From Candidatus Omnitrophota bacterium (GTDB lineage Bacteria; Omnitrophota; Gorgyraeia; B26-G9), in the NCBI GenBank assembly GCA_023819605.1, contig JAMWCB010000001.1, positions 1 through 41,555 of the forward strand: a stretch of DNA of 41,555 nt, written 5' to 3'. Positions 7,742 through 16,071 of this stretch are shown piece after piece. Both the position numbers and the translations under genes were made by a program. Position 1 is the stretch's first letter. Each line of letters opens with the position of its first letter. The notes under the pieces are model-generated. The model saw nothing but the letters and a program-made list of their open reading frames with translations. It did not search any database and was not told the DNA's origin.

Positions 7742-8829
7742 GCCGCTTTCAATTTTTGATATATCCGGCACGCCGCATCCACTTCCCGGAACAATTCCCG
7801 CGCTTCTCCCAGAAGCGTTTCGGAATTGCCCATAATAAAATACCCGCCTTCCGCCAAACAATAATAGTATTTCATAATCAACTGTTCCTGCAGGCTGCGG
7901 TTAAAATAAATAAAAACATTGCGGCAGAGGATCATATCCACGCCGCTGATCCCCGCATCGTGGATTAAATTCCGTTCTTCAAAATGCACGGCGGTTTTAA
8001 TATGCGGCACGACGATGAACTCGTCGTCCACCGGCAGGAAAAACCGTTTCAGGCGCCGCGCATTGACATTGCGCAGGACATCGCGCCGATAATGCCCTTT
8101 GCCGGCCTGGCGCAGGCACGCTTTATCGATATCCGTGGCGACAATCTCAAACCGCACCCCGCGGGGATGCGTTTCCAAAAGTTCATAGAGCATAATCGCC
8201 AGTGAATACGGCTCTTCTCCGTGCGAACACCCGGCGCTCCAAATACGCACCGGCGATCCCGCCGGCGCCTTACGGCCGATAATCTCGGGAACAATTTCAT
8301 TTTCCAATTTTTCCCACACCGCGTCATCCCGGAAAAACGACGAGACATTGATCGTTAAAACATCGAATAATGCTTCATATTCCTGCGGCTCATGCGTGAG
8401 AATCTGCAGGTATTCGGGATACGTCTCCACCTTTCGCTCGCGCATGCGCACGGCGATGCGGCGCTGGAGCATACGCTCGCGGTACTGGGAAAAATCGACG
8501 CCGCGGTCAAGCATGATTTGCTTCATGAGCAACTTATACGCGTTCTGCCGATCATCCTGCTTTTCATGGCGCGGGTTGCTGCTGACCACCTGGATGGCGT
8601 TGAGCAGCTCTTTTAAAATCAACGATGATTGCTCGACGGCAACCTGCTCGATATGCGTATGCATGGCGCCGGCCTCCGACGTCACATAGCGGGCGGGGAT
8701 CCGGCTGAGCGCGTACGCGTAGATATCGTCACGGCAGCGTTTACACGTACAGATATCCCGGCGCGGCCGCAACATATCGTCGAGGTGCTTCGCAACGATG
8801 GCTTCCATGATATTCCGCGCTCTAACCAT
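7738..8829 (-). CDS. ComFB-domain / CheR-type protein-glutamate O-methyltransferase fusion (paralog 2)
   Basis: Same architecture as 3741-4859: NIMEAIVAKHL...DICTCKRCRDDIYAYALSRIPARYVTS (ComFB), DFSQYRERMLQRRIAVRMR...TINVSSFFRD (CheR_N), RIWSAGCSHGEEPYSLAI / ATDID / LCRNVFIYFN (MTase). ATG 8829 overlaps the cheC stop by 8 nt. Confidence 0.85.
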   Translation of the reverse strand: MVRARNIMEAIVAKHLDDMLRPRRDICTCKRCRDDIYAYALSRIPARYVTSEAGAMHTHIEQVAVEQSSLILKELLNAIQVVSSNPRHEKQDDRQNAYKLLMKQIMLDRGVDFSQYRERMLQRRIAVRMRERKVETYPEYLQILTHEPQEYEALFDVLTINVSSFFRDDAVWEKLENEIVPEIIGRKAPAGSPVRIWSAGCSHGEEPYSLAIMLYELLETHPRGVRFEIVATDIDKACLRQAGKGHYRRDVLRNVNARRLKRFFLPVDDEFIVVPHIKTAVHFEERNLIHDAGISGVDMILCRNVFIYFNRSLQEQLIMKYYYCLAEGGYFIMGNSETLLGEARELFREVDAACRIYQKLKAA

Positions 8830-9478
8830 GGTTCATTTTCCGCAACGACTGACGGGCGGCGTGTAAACTGCGTAATTCCGCGCACATCACCGCCGTTATT
8901 TCCCGGCAGGCGTGCGGCGACAAGATCAGCAAAAAAGACCCGGACAAACGGCTGGACATCGCCCGGAAGGTCATGGTATGCACGTACACCTGCTGCTGAA
9001 AATCAGCCGGCTTGACACCGTAACTCATCACGTCCGACAGCATACCGCTGGTCAGCACCGGAATGGACGGGATCACCGACTTGCGCAACAAAACGCTCAT
9101 CGTATTCGAATACGCCGAAACCACGATATTACCGATTTCTTTAATCGACGAAATGCCCATTTCCGTCAGAAATCCGCAGCTTTCCCCCGCCTTACTGCGA
9201 AACAACGACGCAAAGTCATAGGCGGTTTTCTCTTCAAAAACCAGCGAAACGAAACCGCTAATGCCGGCCAACATCTGGCAATGCACGCCGATGACCATCG
9301 CGTCATTGATGCGGTAATTCCGCGCGATATCCCGCACGGCAATTGAGTCCAAGGACGGCGCTTCCAGGACCACGGAGCGCTTGATCATTTGCGAAAAAGC
9401 CTGTGTCGAATTGCCGGCGCAGATACTGCCGACTTCCCTGATAATATCCGGTTGGGTTAAACGCCGTTCGCCTGCCAT
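8822..9478 (-). CDS. cheC: CheC-family (CheC/CheX/FliY-like) CheY-P phosphatase
   Basis: Two copies of the D/S-x3-E-x2-N-x22-P motif. The first is DIIREVGS-x22-P, with N replaced by S. The second, SSIKEIGN-x22-P, is intact. Start set at ATG 9478 (MAGERRL), which has GGGAGG 6 nt upstream and lies downstream of the predicted promoter. The track start is 9556. Confidence 0.75.
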   Translation of the reverse strand: MAGERRLTQPDIIREVGSICAGNSTQAFSQMIKRSVVLEAPSLDSIAVRDIARNYRINDAMVIGVHCQMLAGISGFVSLVFEEKTAYDFASLFRSKAGESCGFLTEMGISSIKEIGNIVVSAYSNTMSVLLRKSVIPSIPVLTSGMLSDVMSYGVKPADFQQQVYVHTMTFRAMSSRLSGSFLLILSPHACREITAVMCAELRSLHAARQSLRKMNHG

Positions 9479-9527
9479 ATCGACCTCCCTGTACGCCGCA
9501 GGTAATGGATACCTCTTATGTTTTCGT

Positions 9528-9556
9528 AGTATACCACAGCGCGATGCGGCGGACAA
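9528..9556 (-). promoter_or_regulatory. Sigma70-like promoter for the cheC operon
   Basis: Minus strand: TTGTCC (9556-9551), 17-nt spacer, TGg-TATACT (extended -10; hexamer 9533-9528). It lies ~45 nt upstream of ATG 9478. Confidence 0.4.
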
Positions 9557-9650
9557 TCATTGATTTCCGGTAATTTAAAAATTAAAATCAGGGCGGGGCG
9601 GAACGTCCGGCCACTCTCACCGTCCGTTGTATAAAAACCGCGCCGCCGCC

Positions 9651-10592
9651 TCAAAAAAACTGCTGCATATCCGCGGGTATCGGCGCGGTAAACTCCATCC
9701 ACTGCCCGGTGCGGGGATGGGAAAAACCGAGACGATACGCATGCAGCGCCTGCCGGTTTATTCGCTGCGCGATGCCGGTTTTCCCGTAGGTCGTGTCTCC
9801 CAACAACGGATGGCCCAGATGCGCCAAATGGACCCGGATTTGATGCGTACGGCCGGTTTCCGGATATACCTCCACGACCGTAAAGTGGCCGGTGCGTTTG
9901 AGCACCCGGTATACCGTGACCGCCGCGCGGCTATTGCTATAGAGCACCTGCATTTTTAAACGATTTGCCGGATTGCGCCCCACGGGCGCGTCGATGCACC
10001 CTTCGTCATGCTCGACGCTGCCCAGAACAACCGCCACATACACTTTGCGGACCGTATGTTCTTTAAACTGCGCGGCGAGTTTCCAATGCGCGGTGTTCGT
10101 CTTGGCAATGACCATGACGCCGGAGGTGTCCTTATCCAGGCGGTGCACAATGCCCGGCTTGGCCGCGCCGTTTAAATCGGATAATTTTCCGGTATGCGCG
10201 GCCAAGGCGTTGACCAACGTGTCCTGCCGATGCCCGGCCGCCGGATGAACAACCAACCCGGCGGGCTTGTCGACGACAAGCACCTCCTCGTCTTCAAACA
10301 GAATATTCAACGGCAACGATAGGGGAAGAATCTCCTGTTCTTCCGCTGCTGCCTCGATCCGCGCCGCGATATAATCACCGTTCTGCACCTGATAATACGG
10401 CTTCACCGTCAGGCCGTTGACCTGCACGTTCCCGGATAAAATAGCGGTTTTTACCTGCTGCCGGGAAAAATGACCGGTGAGCCGGCTGCTCAACCATCGG
10501 TCCAGACGCGCCGGCGCGTCCTGACCGGAAACGGTGAATTCTTTTTTTTCCAGCACGGTAATCCTTTCCCCAGGGTACCGATCAAACAACAA
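9651..10592 (-). CDS. rluD: RluA-family 23S rRNA pseudouridine synthase (RluD-like) with S4 domain
   Basis: S4-like N-terminus (RLDRWLS). Catalytic motif HRLDKDTSGVMVIAK. C-terminal motifs GRTHQIRVHLAHLGHPLLGD and LHAYRLGFSHP. The start is uncertain: TTG 10592 abuts the lspA stop, and GTG 10556 is the alternative. Confidence 0.9.
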   Translation of the reverse strand: MLFDRYPGERITVLEKKEFTVSGQDAPARLDRWLSSRLTGHFSRQQVKTAILSGNVQVNGLTVKPYYQVQNGDYIAARIEAAAEEQEILPLSLPLNILFEDEEVLVVDKPAGLVVHPAAGHRQDTLVNALAAHTGKLSDLNGAAKPGIVHRLDKDTSGVMVIAKTNTAHWKLAAQFKEHTVRKVYVAVVLGSVEHDEGCIDAPVGRNPANRLKMQVLYSNSRAAVTVYRVLKRTGHFTVVEVYPETGRTHQIRVHLAHLGHPLLGDTTYGKTGIAQRINRQALHAYRLGFSHPRTGQWMEFTAPIPADMQQFF

Positions 10593-11117
10593 CTATGCAA
10601 ACGTATGTTTTCGACAGAGCAGGTACACCAATCCCGCCGCGCCGCAGGTAATCAGGCTATCCGCAAGATTGAACACCGGCCAAACCCGGAAATCCAAAAA
10701 ATCGACGACATATCCCCAGCGGACCCGATCGATCAAATTCCCCGTTGCGCCGCTGAGGACGAGCAGCAGCGAATACCGCCAAATGTGCAGATGCAGCGGA
10801 CGGTGAAATTCGGTGCGCCGGATCAACAACCAGAGAATCAGCACGATCGCCGCGATCGAAATATAGGCTAAGATCCAATTTTTATGGCGAAACAATCCGA
10901 ACGCGGAACCGGTATTATACACGAGCGTGATGTGCAGAATATTGGGGATTACCGGAATGCTTTCATTTTGATGCAGCCGCTTGAGCACCGCGAGTTTTGC
11001 AATCTGATCAAAAAAAACCAGCGCAACGCCGAACCATACCTGAAAAACCGCCGCGGCGACATCCTTAACGGCCACGCTTTTCCTGTTTTTGCTTACAGTC
11101 GCGGCACAGCGTCGCAT
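10593..11117 (-). CDS. lspA: Lipoprotein signal peptidase II
   Basis: Motifs NTGSAFGLF, GATGNLIDRVRWGYVVDFLDF and FNLADSLITCG, with 4 TM segments. The start is uncertain. ATG 11117 overlaps the dksA-like gene by 53 nt. GTG 11075 gives ~160 aa with an 11-nt overlap. Confidence 0.9.
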   Translation of the reverse strand: MRRCAATVSKNRKSVAVKDVAAAVFQVWFGVALVFFDQIAKLAVLKRLHQNESIPVIPNILHITLVYNTGSAFGLFRHKNWILAYISIAAIVLILWLLIRRTEFHRPLHLHIWRYSLLLVLSGATGNLIDRVRWGYVVDFLDFRVWPVFNLADSLITCGAAGLVYLLCRKHTFA

Positions 11118-11442
11118 ACGGAATCGCTTTCAAACGGTCTTTGGCGATCTTTTCACCGCAGCTTTCGCAATCGCCGTAGGAACTTTCCTCGATTTTGCGG
11201 ATCGCTTCGTCGATGCGATAGAGCATCTCCTGATCCCCGCTGACCCGCCCCAGAGAAATTTCCCGTTCGAAACTGCCGCTGGCGGCATCGGCCATATGCA
11301 CGGAATAAGACGATAAATCGCCGCTGGCTTCGCGCAGCGATTTTTTCATCGATTCGTTTCCGATATTTTTAATCTCGTCGGACACCTGCTCGCGCAACTC
11401 CAGCAGCTGTTTTTTTAAATCCTGCAGTTCTTTCTTGTTCAT
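11065..11442 (-). CDS. DksA/TraR-family C4 zinc-finger protein
   Basis: Start moved to ATG 11442 (MNKKELQDLKK...), preceded by AGGAAAGGAG. The track start 11628 lies inside ileS. Coiled-coil N-terminus, then CESCGEKI...CRDC, a four-Cys zinc finger. Confidence 0.8.
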   Translation of the reverse strand: MNKKELQDLKKQLLELREQVSDEIKNIGNESMKKSLREASGDLSSYSVHMADAASGSFEREISLGRVSGDQEMLYRIDEAIRKIEESSYGDCESCGEKIAKDRLKAIPYATLCRDCKQKQEKRGR

Positions 11443-11461
11443 CAGCGGAGCGCTCCTTTCC

Positions 11462-14311
11462 TCATTCTGCCTTCTGCGTCCGCGGTAAATTCCCGTAACA
11501 GCGCGTACACAGTGACGGATGCTCTGTGTGACTGCCAACCCCTGCGGCATAATTCCAACACCGCACACATTTTTCGCCGTCGGCATGCGCCACGCCGACA
11601 AAAAGCGTCCCGGAAATTGTTTTTCCATCTTCCAAGGTAAGTTCTATAGTATAACCATTGCCCCCGGGGCTGTCAACATTTTCTTCGATCACCACCTGCG
11701 AAACGATAAAAATAGCCGGCCATTGATCCTGATACGGCACAAGCACCGCGGCCAGCGGGTCATCCCGGCGGTACCGCAGCGTCACCCGCGCGTCTAAACT
11801 ATTGCCGATCAATTTCACGCCGCGCGCGGCTTCCAGTTCCTTCAACACCGCTTCCCGCACCCGGACCAGCGACTGCCAACGCCCTTGCAGAGCGCCGTCC
11901 GCGGCGCAGGCTTTAACCGCCGGCCAGGCCGTAAAAAAAATACTCTCCTCTTTCGCCCCCGGCATCGCCTGGTACGCCTCCTCGGCGGTAAACGGCAACA
12001 CCGGCGCGATGATCCGCACCAGCACACTCAAAATTTCATACAGCGCGGTCTGCCCGGAACGCCGCGGCAGCCCGGCCGCCGCAAACGTATACATCCGGTC
12101 TTTGAGAATATCCAAATAAAATGAGCTCAGCTCGACGACACAGAAATTATAGACTAATTTCACCGCCTGATAGAAGGTAAACGCCTCGTAGGCGCGGCCG
12201 ACCTGCTGCAGCAACGCATGCGCCGCGGAAACCGCCCAGCGGTCGATCTCGAGCATCGACGCATAGTCCACCTGATCAGCCTGCGGATTAAAATCAGAGA
12301 GATTGCCCAGCATAAATTTCCAGGTATTGCGGATTTTGCGGTAACTTTCGCTGACCCGCGATAATATTTCATTGGACATGCGCACATCGTCGCTGTAGTT
12401 CGACGAAGCGATGCATAAACGCAGCACGTCGGCGCCTAACTTGTCGATTACTTCCTGCGGGGAGATGACATTACCCCGCGATTTGGACATTTTCCGGCCC
12501 TCGCCGTCGACGGTAAACCCATGGGTCAACACCGTCTTAAACGGCGCCGTGCCGTCCATACCCATTGCCGCCAATAACGACGACTGGAACCACCCGCGGT
12601 GCTGATCGGATCCTTCCAAATACAAATCCGCCGGATAGCCGAGATTTTTCCGGCCGGCCGCCCGTAATACCGCGTAATGGCTCACTCCGGAATCGAACCA
12701 GACATCGAGGATATCCGTTTCTTTGGCAAAATTCTTTCCCCGGCACTGCGGACAGGCAAACTCCGCCGGCAACAACTCCTGCGGCGGCCGGATAAACCAG
12801 CAGTCCGTGCCTTCCCGCTCGACCAGCGCGGCAACCTGCTCGATTACTTCCGGGCTGAGAATCGTCGATTGACAACCGCGGCAATAGAACGCCGGAATCG
12901 GCACGCCCCAGAGACGCTGCCGGGATAGGCACCAATCCGGGCGATTATGAATCATCCCGGCGATTCGATTCTGCCCGGATTCCGGGACCCAGCACACGTC
13001 CTGAATTTTCGCCAGCGCCCGTTCACGCAACTGATCATGATCGATGCGCATAAACCACTGTTCGGTAGCCCGAAAGAGAATCGGTTCCTTGCACCGCCAG
13101 CAATGGGGATACGAATGTTGTATGGTGCCGGCAAATACTAACGCGCCGCGGCTCTGGAGCAGCTCGATCACCCGTTTGGCGGCTTTCTGTATATGCAGGC
13201 CGCCGACCTCCGGAACGTCCGCGCCGAAACGGCCCTTCGCATCAACCTGCATAACTGTTTCCAAGCCGTAGCGTCTGCCGACCTGAAAATCTTCCGCGCC
13301 GTATCCCGGCGCGATATGCACCACGCCGGAGCCGTCTTCCGCGCTCACGTAATCGGCGAGGACCACTTTTCCCGGGCGAGACAAAAACGGATGCGTATAC
13401 TGCACATGTTCCAATTGCCGGCCCGCGAGCGTGCCGACGACCGAACTGCCGCTGATCCCGGCGCGAGCCAACACGGCCGGCGCCAGTTTTTCTTCGATCA
13501 CATAAACTTCCCGGTCGTTAACCCGGATCAGCGCGTAGGTAAAATCCGGATGCACCGCGCAGGCGACGTTCCCCAGCAATGTCCAGGGAGTGGTCGTCCA
13601 AATCACCATGAACAAAACGCTGTTCCCTAAATTCGGCGTTCCCGCGGGCAGCGCACCGGATACGGCAAACCGGACAAAAATCGAAGCCGAGGTGTGCTCT
13701 TCATACTCAACCTCCGCTTCGGCCAACGCGGTCTCACACTGCGCGCACCAATTCACCGGTTTACAGCCGCGATAGATCAGTCCGTTGCGCACCAACATGC
13801 CGAACGCGCGGATAATCCCCGCTTCATAGTGCGGCGCGAGCGTCAAATAGGGGTTATCCCATTCGCCGAAAATTCCCAGCCGTTTAAATTCTTCGCGCTG
13901 AACGGCGACAAATTTCAACGCGTAATCATGCGCTTTTTTCCGAAAATCGACCTGTTCGACCTCATCTTTGCGCTTGCCCAACTCTTTAAACAATTGATGT
14001 TCCACCGGCAGCCCGTGGCAATCCCAGCCGGGAACATACGGCACGCGGTATCCGGCCATCGTTTTATATTTGACGATAATGTCTTTGAGAATTTTATTCA
14101 AGGCGTGGCCGATATGGATATGCCCGTTGGCATATGGCGGGCCGTCATGCAGAACATACACGGGGCGGCCGGCAGCCCGCTGCTGCATGGCGCCGTAAAT
14201 ATCCCGGCGCTGCCACTGTTCCAGGAACGCCGGTTCGCGTTGCGGCAGATTGGCTTTCATCGAAAAATCAGTCTGCGGCAAATTCAATGTGTTTTTATAA
14301 TTAATTTCCAT
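11462..14311 (-). CDS. ileS: Isoleucine--tRNA ligase (bacterial type 1, C-terminal zinc finger)
   Basis: MEINYKNTLNLPQTDFSMKANL, HIGH motif (PYANGHIHIGHALN), KMSKS motif present, C-terminal CVRCWNY...CTRC. Start at ATG 14311 rather than the track start 14344. Confidence 0.96.
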   Translation of the reverse strand: MEINYKNTLNLPQTDFSMKANLPQREPAFLEQWQRRDIYGAMQQRAAGRPVYVLHDGPPYANGHIHIGHALNKILKDIIVKYKTMAGYRVPYVPGWDCHGLPVEHQLFKELGKRKDEVEQVDFRKKAHDYALKFVAVQREEFKRLGIFGEWDNPYLTLAPHYEAGIIRAFGMLVRNGLIYRGCKPVNWCAQCETALAEAEVEYEEHTSASIFVRFAVSGALPAGTPNLGNSVLFMVIWTTTPWTLLGNVACAVHPDFTYALIRVNDREVYVIEEKLAPAVLARAGISGSSVVGTLAGRQLEHVQYTHPFLSRPGKVVLADYVSAEDGSGVVHIAPGYGAEDFQVGRRYGLETVMQVDAKGRFGADVPEVGGLHIQKAAKRVIELLQSRGALVFAGTIQHSYPHCWRCKEPILFRATEQWFMRIDHDQLRERALAKIQDVCWVPESGQNRIAGMIHNRPDWCLSRQRLWGVPIPAFYCRGCQSTILSPEVIEQVAALVEREGTDCWFIRPPQELLPAEFACPQCRGKNFAKETDILDVWFDSGVSHYAVLRAAGRKNLGYPADLYLEGSDQHRGWFQSSLLAAMGMDGTAPFKTVLTHGFTVDGEGRKMSKSRGNVISPQEVIDKLGADVLRLCIASSNYSDDVRMSNEILSRVSESYRKIRNTWKFMLGNLSDFNPQADQVDYASMLEIDRWAVSAAHALLQQVGRAYEAFTFYQAVKLVYNFCVVELSSFYLDILKDRMYTFAAAGLPRRSGQTALYEILSVLVRIIAPVLPFTAEEAYQAMPGAKEESIFFTAWPAVKACAADGALQGRWQSLVRVREAVLKELEAARGVKLIGNSLDARVTLRYRRDDPLAAVLVPYQDQWPAIFIVSQVVIEENVDSPGGNGYTIELTLEDGKTISGTLFVGVAHADGEKCVRCWNYAAGVGSHTEHPSLCTRCYGNLPRTQKAE

Positions 14312-14360
14312 ACCCCTGCCCTCAAATATTCTGGCTCCCATCACCGTTCATATTGTACGA

Positions 14361-14389
14361 TTCATAACAAATACGCTAAAATTTTGCAA
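14361..14389 (-). promoter_or_regulatory. Candidate sigma70 promoter upstream of ileS
   Basis: Minus strand: TTGCAA (14389-14384), 17-nt spacer, TATGAA (14366-14361). It lies ~50 nt upstream of ATG 14311. Confidence 0.35.
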
Positions 14390-14525
14390 GCCAAATTTAT
14401 CCGCGGCCGTTATCGCCGGCCGCATATTCGGCCGCGCCGGGCAACCTGCGTCCGGAAACAACCGCACCGCGCGCTTGCCCCGCTCCGAAGCGTGGGACTA
14501 TGCCGCCGCGGCAAACCTTGCGGCT

Positions 14526-15326
14526 TCAGCGTTTGCTCAGGCGCCGGGCCCGCGCCGCCGCAGCCTGAACCGTCTTGACCATCATCCGTTCCAAGCCGGC
14601 TGCCTGCAAGACCGCCAAACCGGCTTCCGTCGTCCCTCCCTTGGAGGCGACGCGACGGACCAATTCCTCCGGCGCAATGCGCAGCCGCGCCAAAACTCCC
14701 GCTGTCCCGCACAGCGTCTGCCGGCAAAAAAGCGCGGCCAGATCCGCCGGCAAACCGGCGCGGCGCGCGGCCTTCACAAATGCCGCCAGAAAAAACGCGA
14801 TAAATCCCGGACCGCTGCCGCTCACGGCCGTAACGGCGTCCATCTGTTTCTCCGGAACTTCAAACAGGGCGCCGACCGTTCCGAAAAGAATCCGTGTCAG
14901 CCGGCCGGCCTGCGCGGTGGCATAACGCCCCCGACAAAATGCCGAAATACCCTCACCGATCAATGCCCCCATATTCGGCATAACCCGCACCACCGGCACA
15001 TTCCCGCTAAAAAATTTTTCAATATATCCGGTCCCGATCCCGGCCGCAATAGAAATAACGGTATGCCGGCTCTGCACGCGCGCGGCGATTTCCGTCAATA
15101 CCCCGTCCATTTCCTGCGGCTTGACGCAGAGCACGACGACCGCCGACCGCTCGACCAATTCCGCCAGGCTCAGGCGCGCCATCCGGTATCGCCGCGCCAT
15201 TAATCGCTGGCGCGCCGCCTGGACATCGTGGCCGGCGACGGTAAACCGGTCATGTCGATAGATCCCCCGCAGAATCGCTTCGCCCATATTTCCCAAGCCG
15301 ACAATGCCTACGCCGATTCGCTTCAT
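14526..15326 (-). CDS. proC: Pyrroline-5-carboxylate reductase
   Basis: N-terminal Rossmann motif IGVGIVGLGNMGEAI. C-terminal motifs SGSGPGFIAFF and VASKGGTTEAGL. The ATGA-type overlap with yggS is 4 nt. Confidence 0.9.
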   Translation of the reverse strand: MKRIGVGIVGLGNMGEAILRGIYRHDRFTVAGHDVQAARQRLMARRYRMARLSLAELVERSAVVVLCVKPQEMDGVLTEIAARVQSRHTVISIAAGIGTGYIEKFFSGNVPVVRVMPNMGALIGEGISAFCRGRYATAQAGRLTRILFGTVGALFEVPEKQMDAVTAVSGSGPGFIAFFLAAFVKAARRAGLPADLAALFCRQTLCGTAGVLARLRIAPEELVRRVASKGGTTEAGLAVLQAAGLERMMVKTVQAAAARARRLSKR

Positions 15327-16069
15327 TGGCTGCCTCCAAAAATCGCCGTGCCCACGCGCACTAACGTCGCGCCTTCCTCAATCGCCGTTTCGAAATCATG
15401 ACTCATGCCCATCGACAAAACCGCCAAAGGCTGCCGGCCGGTTGCCGCGAACTCGTCATTGATCCGATCGAACAGGCGCCGCAAGCGGCGAAAATACGGC
15501 CGCGCCGCTTCCGGATCTTCAACCTGCGGCGCCATACCCATCAATCCCCGCAGGCGCACCAGCGGGTATGCGCGCAGCGCAGAAATCAATGCCCCGGCCG
15601 ACGCCGCGGCGATCCCGAACTTTTGTGTTTCTTCGGAAATATTCACCTGAATCAAAACATCCACCGGCCGGCCGCTGCCTGCCGCCCGCGCCTGCAGGCA
15701 CGCCGCTAAAGGTATACTGTCCACGGATTGAATCAAATGCACCCACGGCAGCACCTTCGCCGCTTTATTCGTCTGCAGGTGTCCGATGAGGTGCCAGCGC
15801 AACCGCTGAAACTGAACCGGCGAAAGCGCGGCCTGTAATTGCTGATACTTACGCAACGCTTCCTGCACGCGATTCTCGCCTAACTCCGTCACGCCGCAGT
15901 GCACGGCGGCGCACACCTGCTCAATAGCGGCCTGCTTGGTCACGCAGACTACGGCAATCTCTTCCCGCCGCCGCCGGCTGCGCTGCGCGGCGGCGCAGAC
16001 CCGCCGCTCGACGTCTGCCAAACGCAGCCGCACCGCCTCCCGCACCATACCCGCATCCGCGCCAGCCAT
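15323..16069 (-). CDS. yggS: YggS-family pyridoxal-phosphate homeostasis protein
   Basis: Motifs VTKQAAIEQV, FGENRVQEA, WHLIGHLQTNKAK-like (HLIGHLQTNKAAKV), LSMGMSHDFETAIEEGATLVRVGTAIFG. Confidence 0.85.
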   Translation of the reverse strand: MAGADAGMVREAVRLRLADVERRVCAAAQRSRRRREEIAVVCVTKQAAIEQVCAAVHCGVTELGENRVQEALRKYQQLQAALSPVQFQRLRWHLIGHLQTNKAAKVLPWVHLIQSVDSIPLAACLQARAAGSGRPVDVLIQVNISEETQKFGIAAASAGALISALRAYPLVRLRGLMGMAPQVEDPEAARPYFRRLRRLFDRINDEFAATGRQPLAVLSMGMSHDFETAIEEGATLVRVGTAIFGGSQ

Positions 16070-16071
16070 CG

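Noticed and set aside
14312-14525. A T-box or other leader riboswitch upstream of ileS
   Set aside because: There is no recognisable T-box sequence (AATTAGGGTGGTACCGCG type) and no specifier/antiterminator arrangement. The ~50-nt leader after the candidate promoter is too short.
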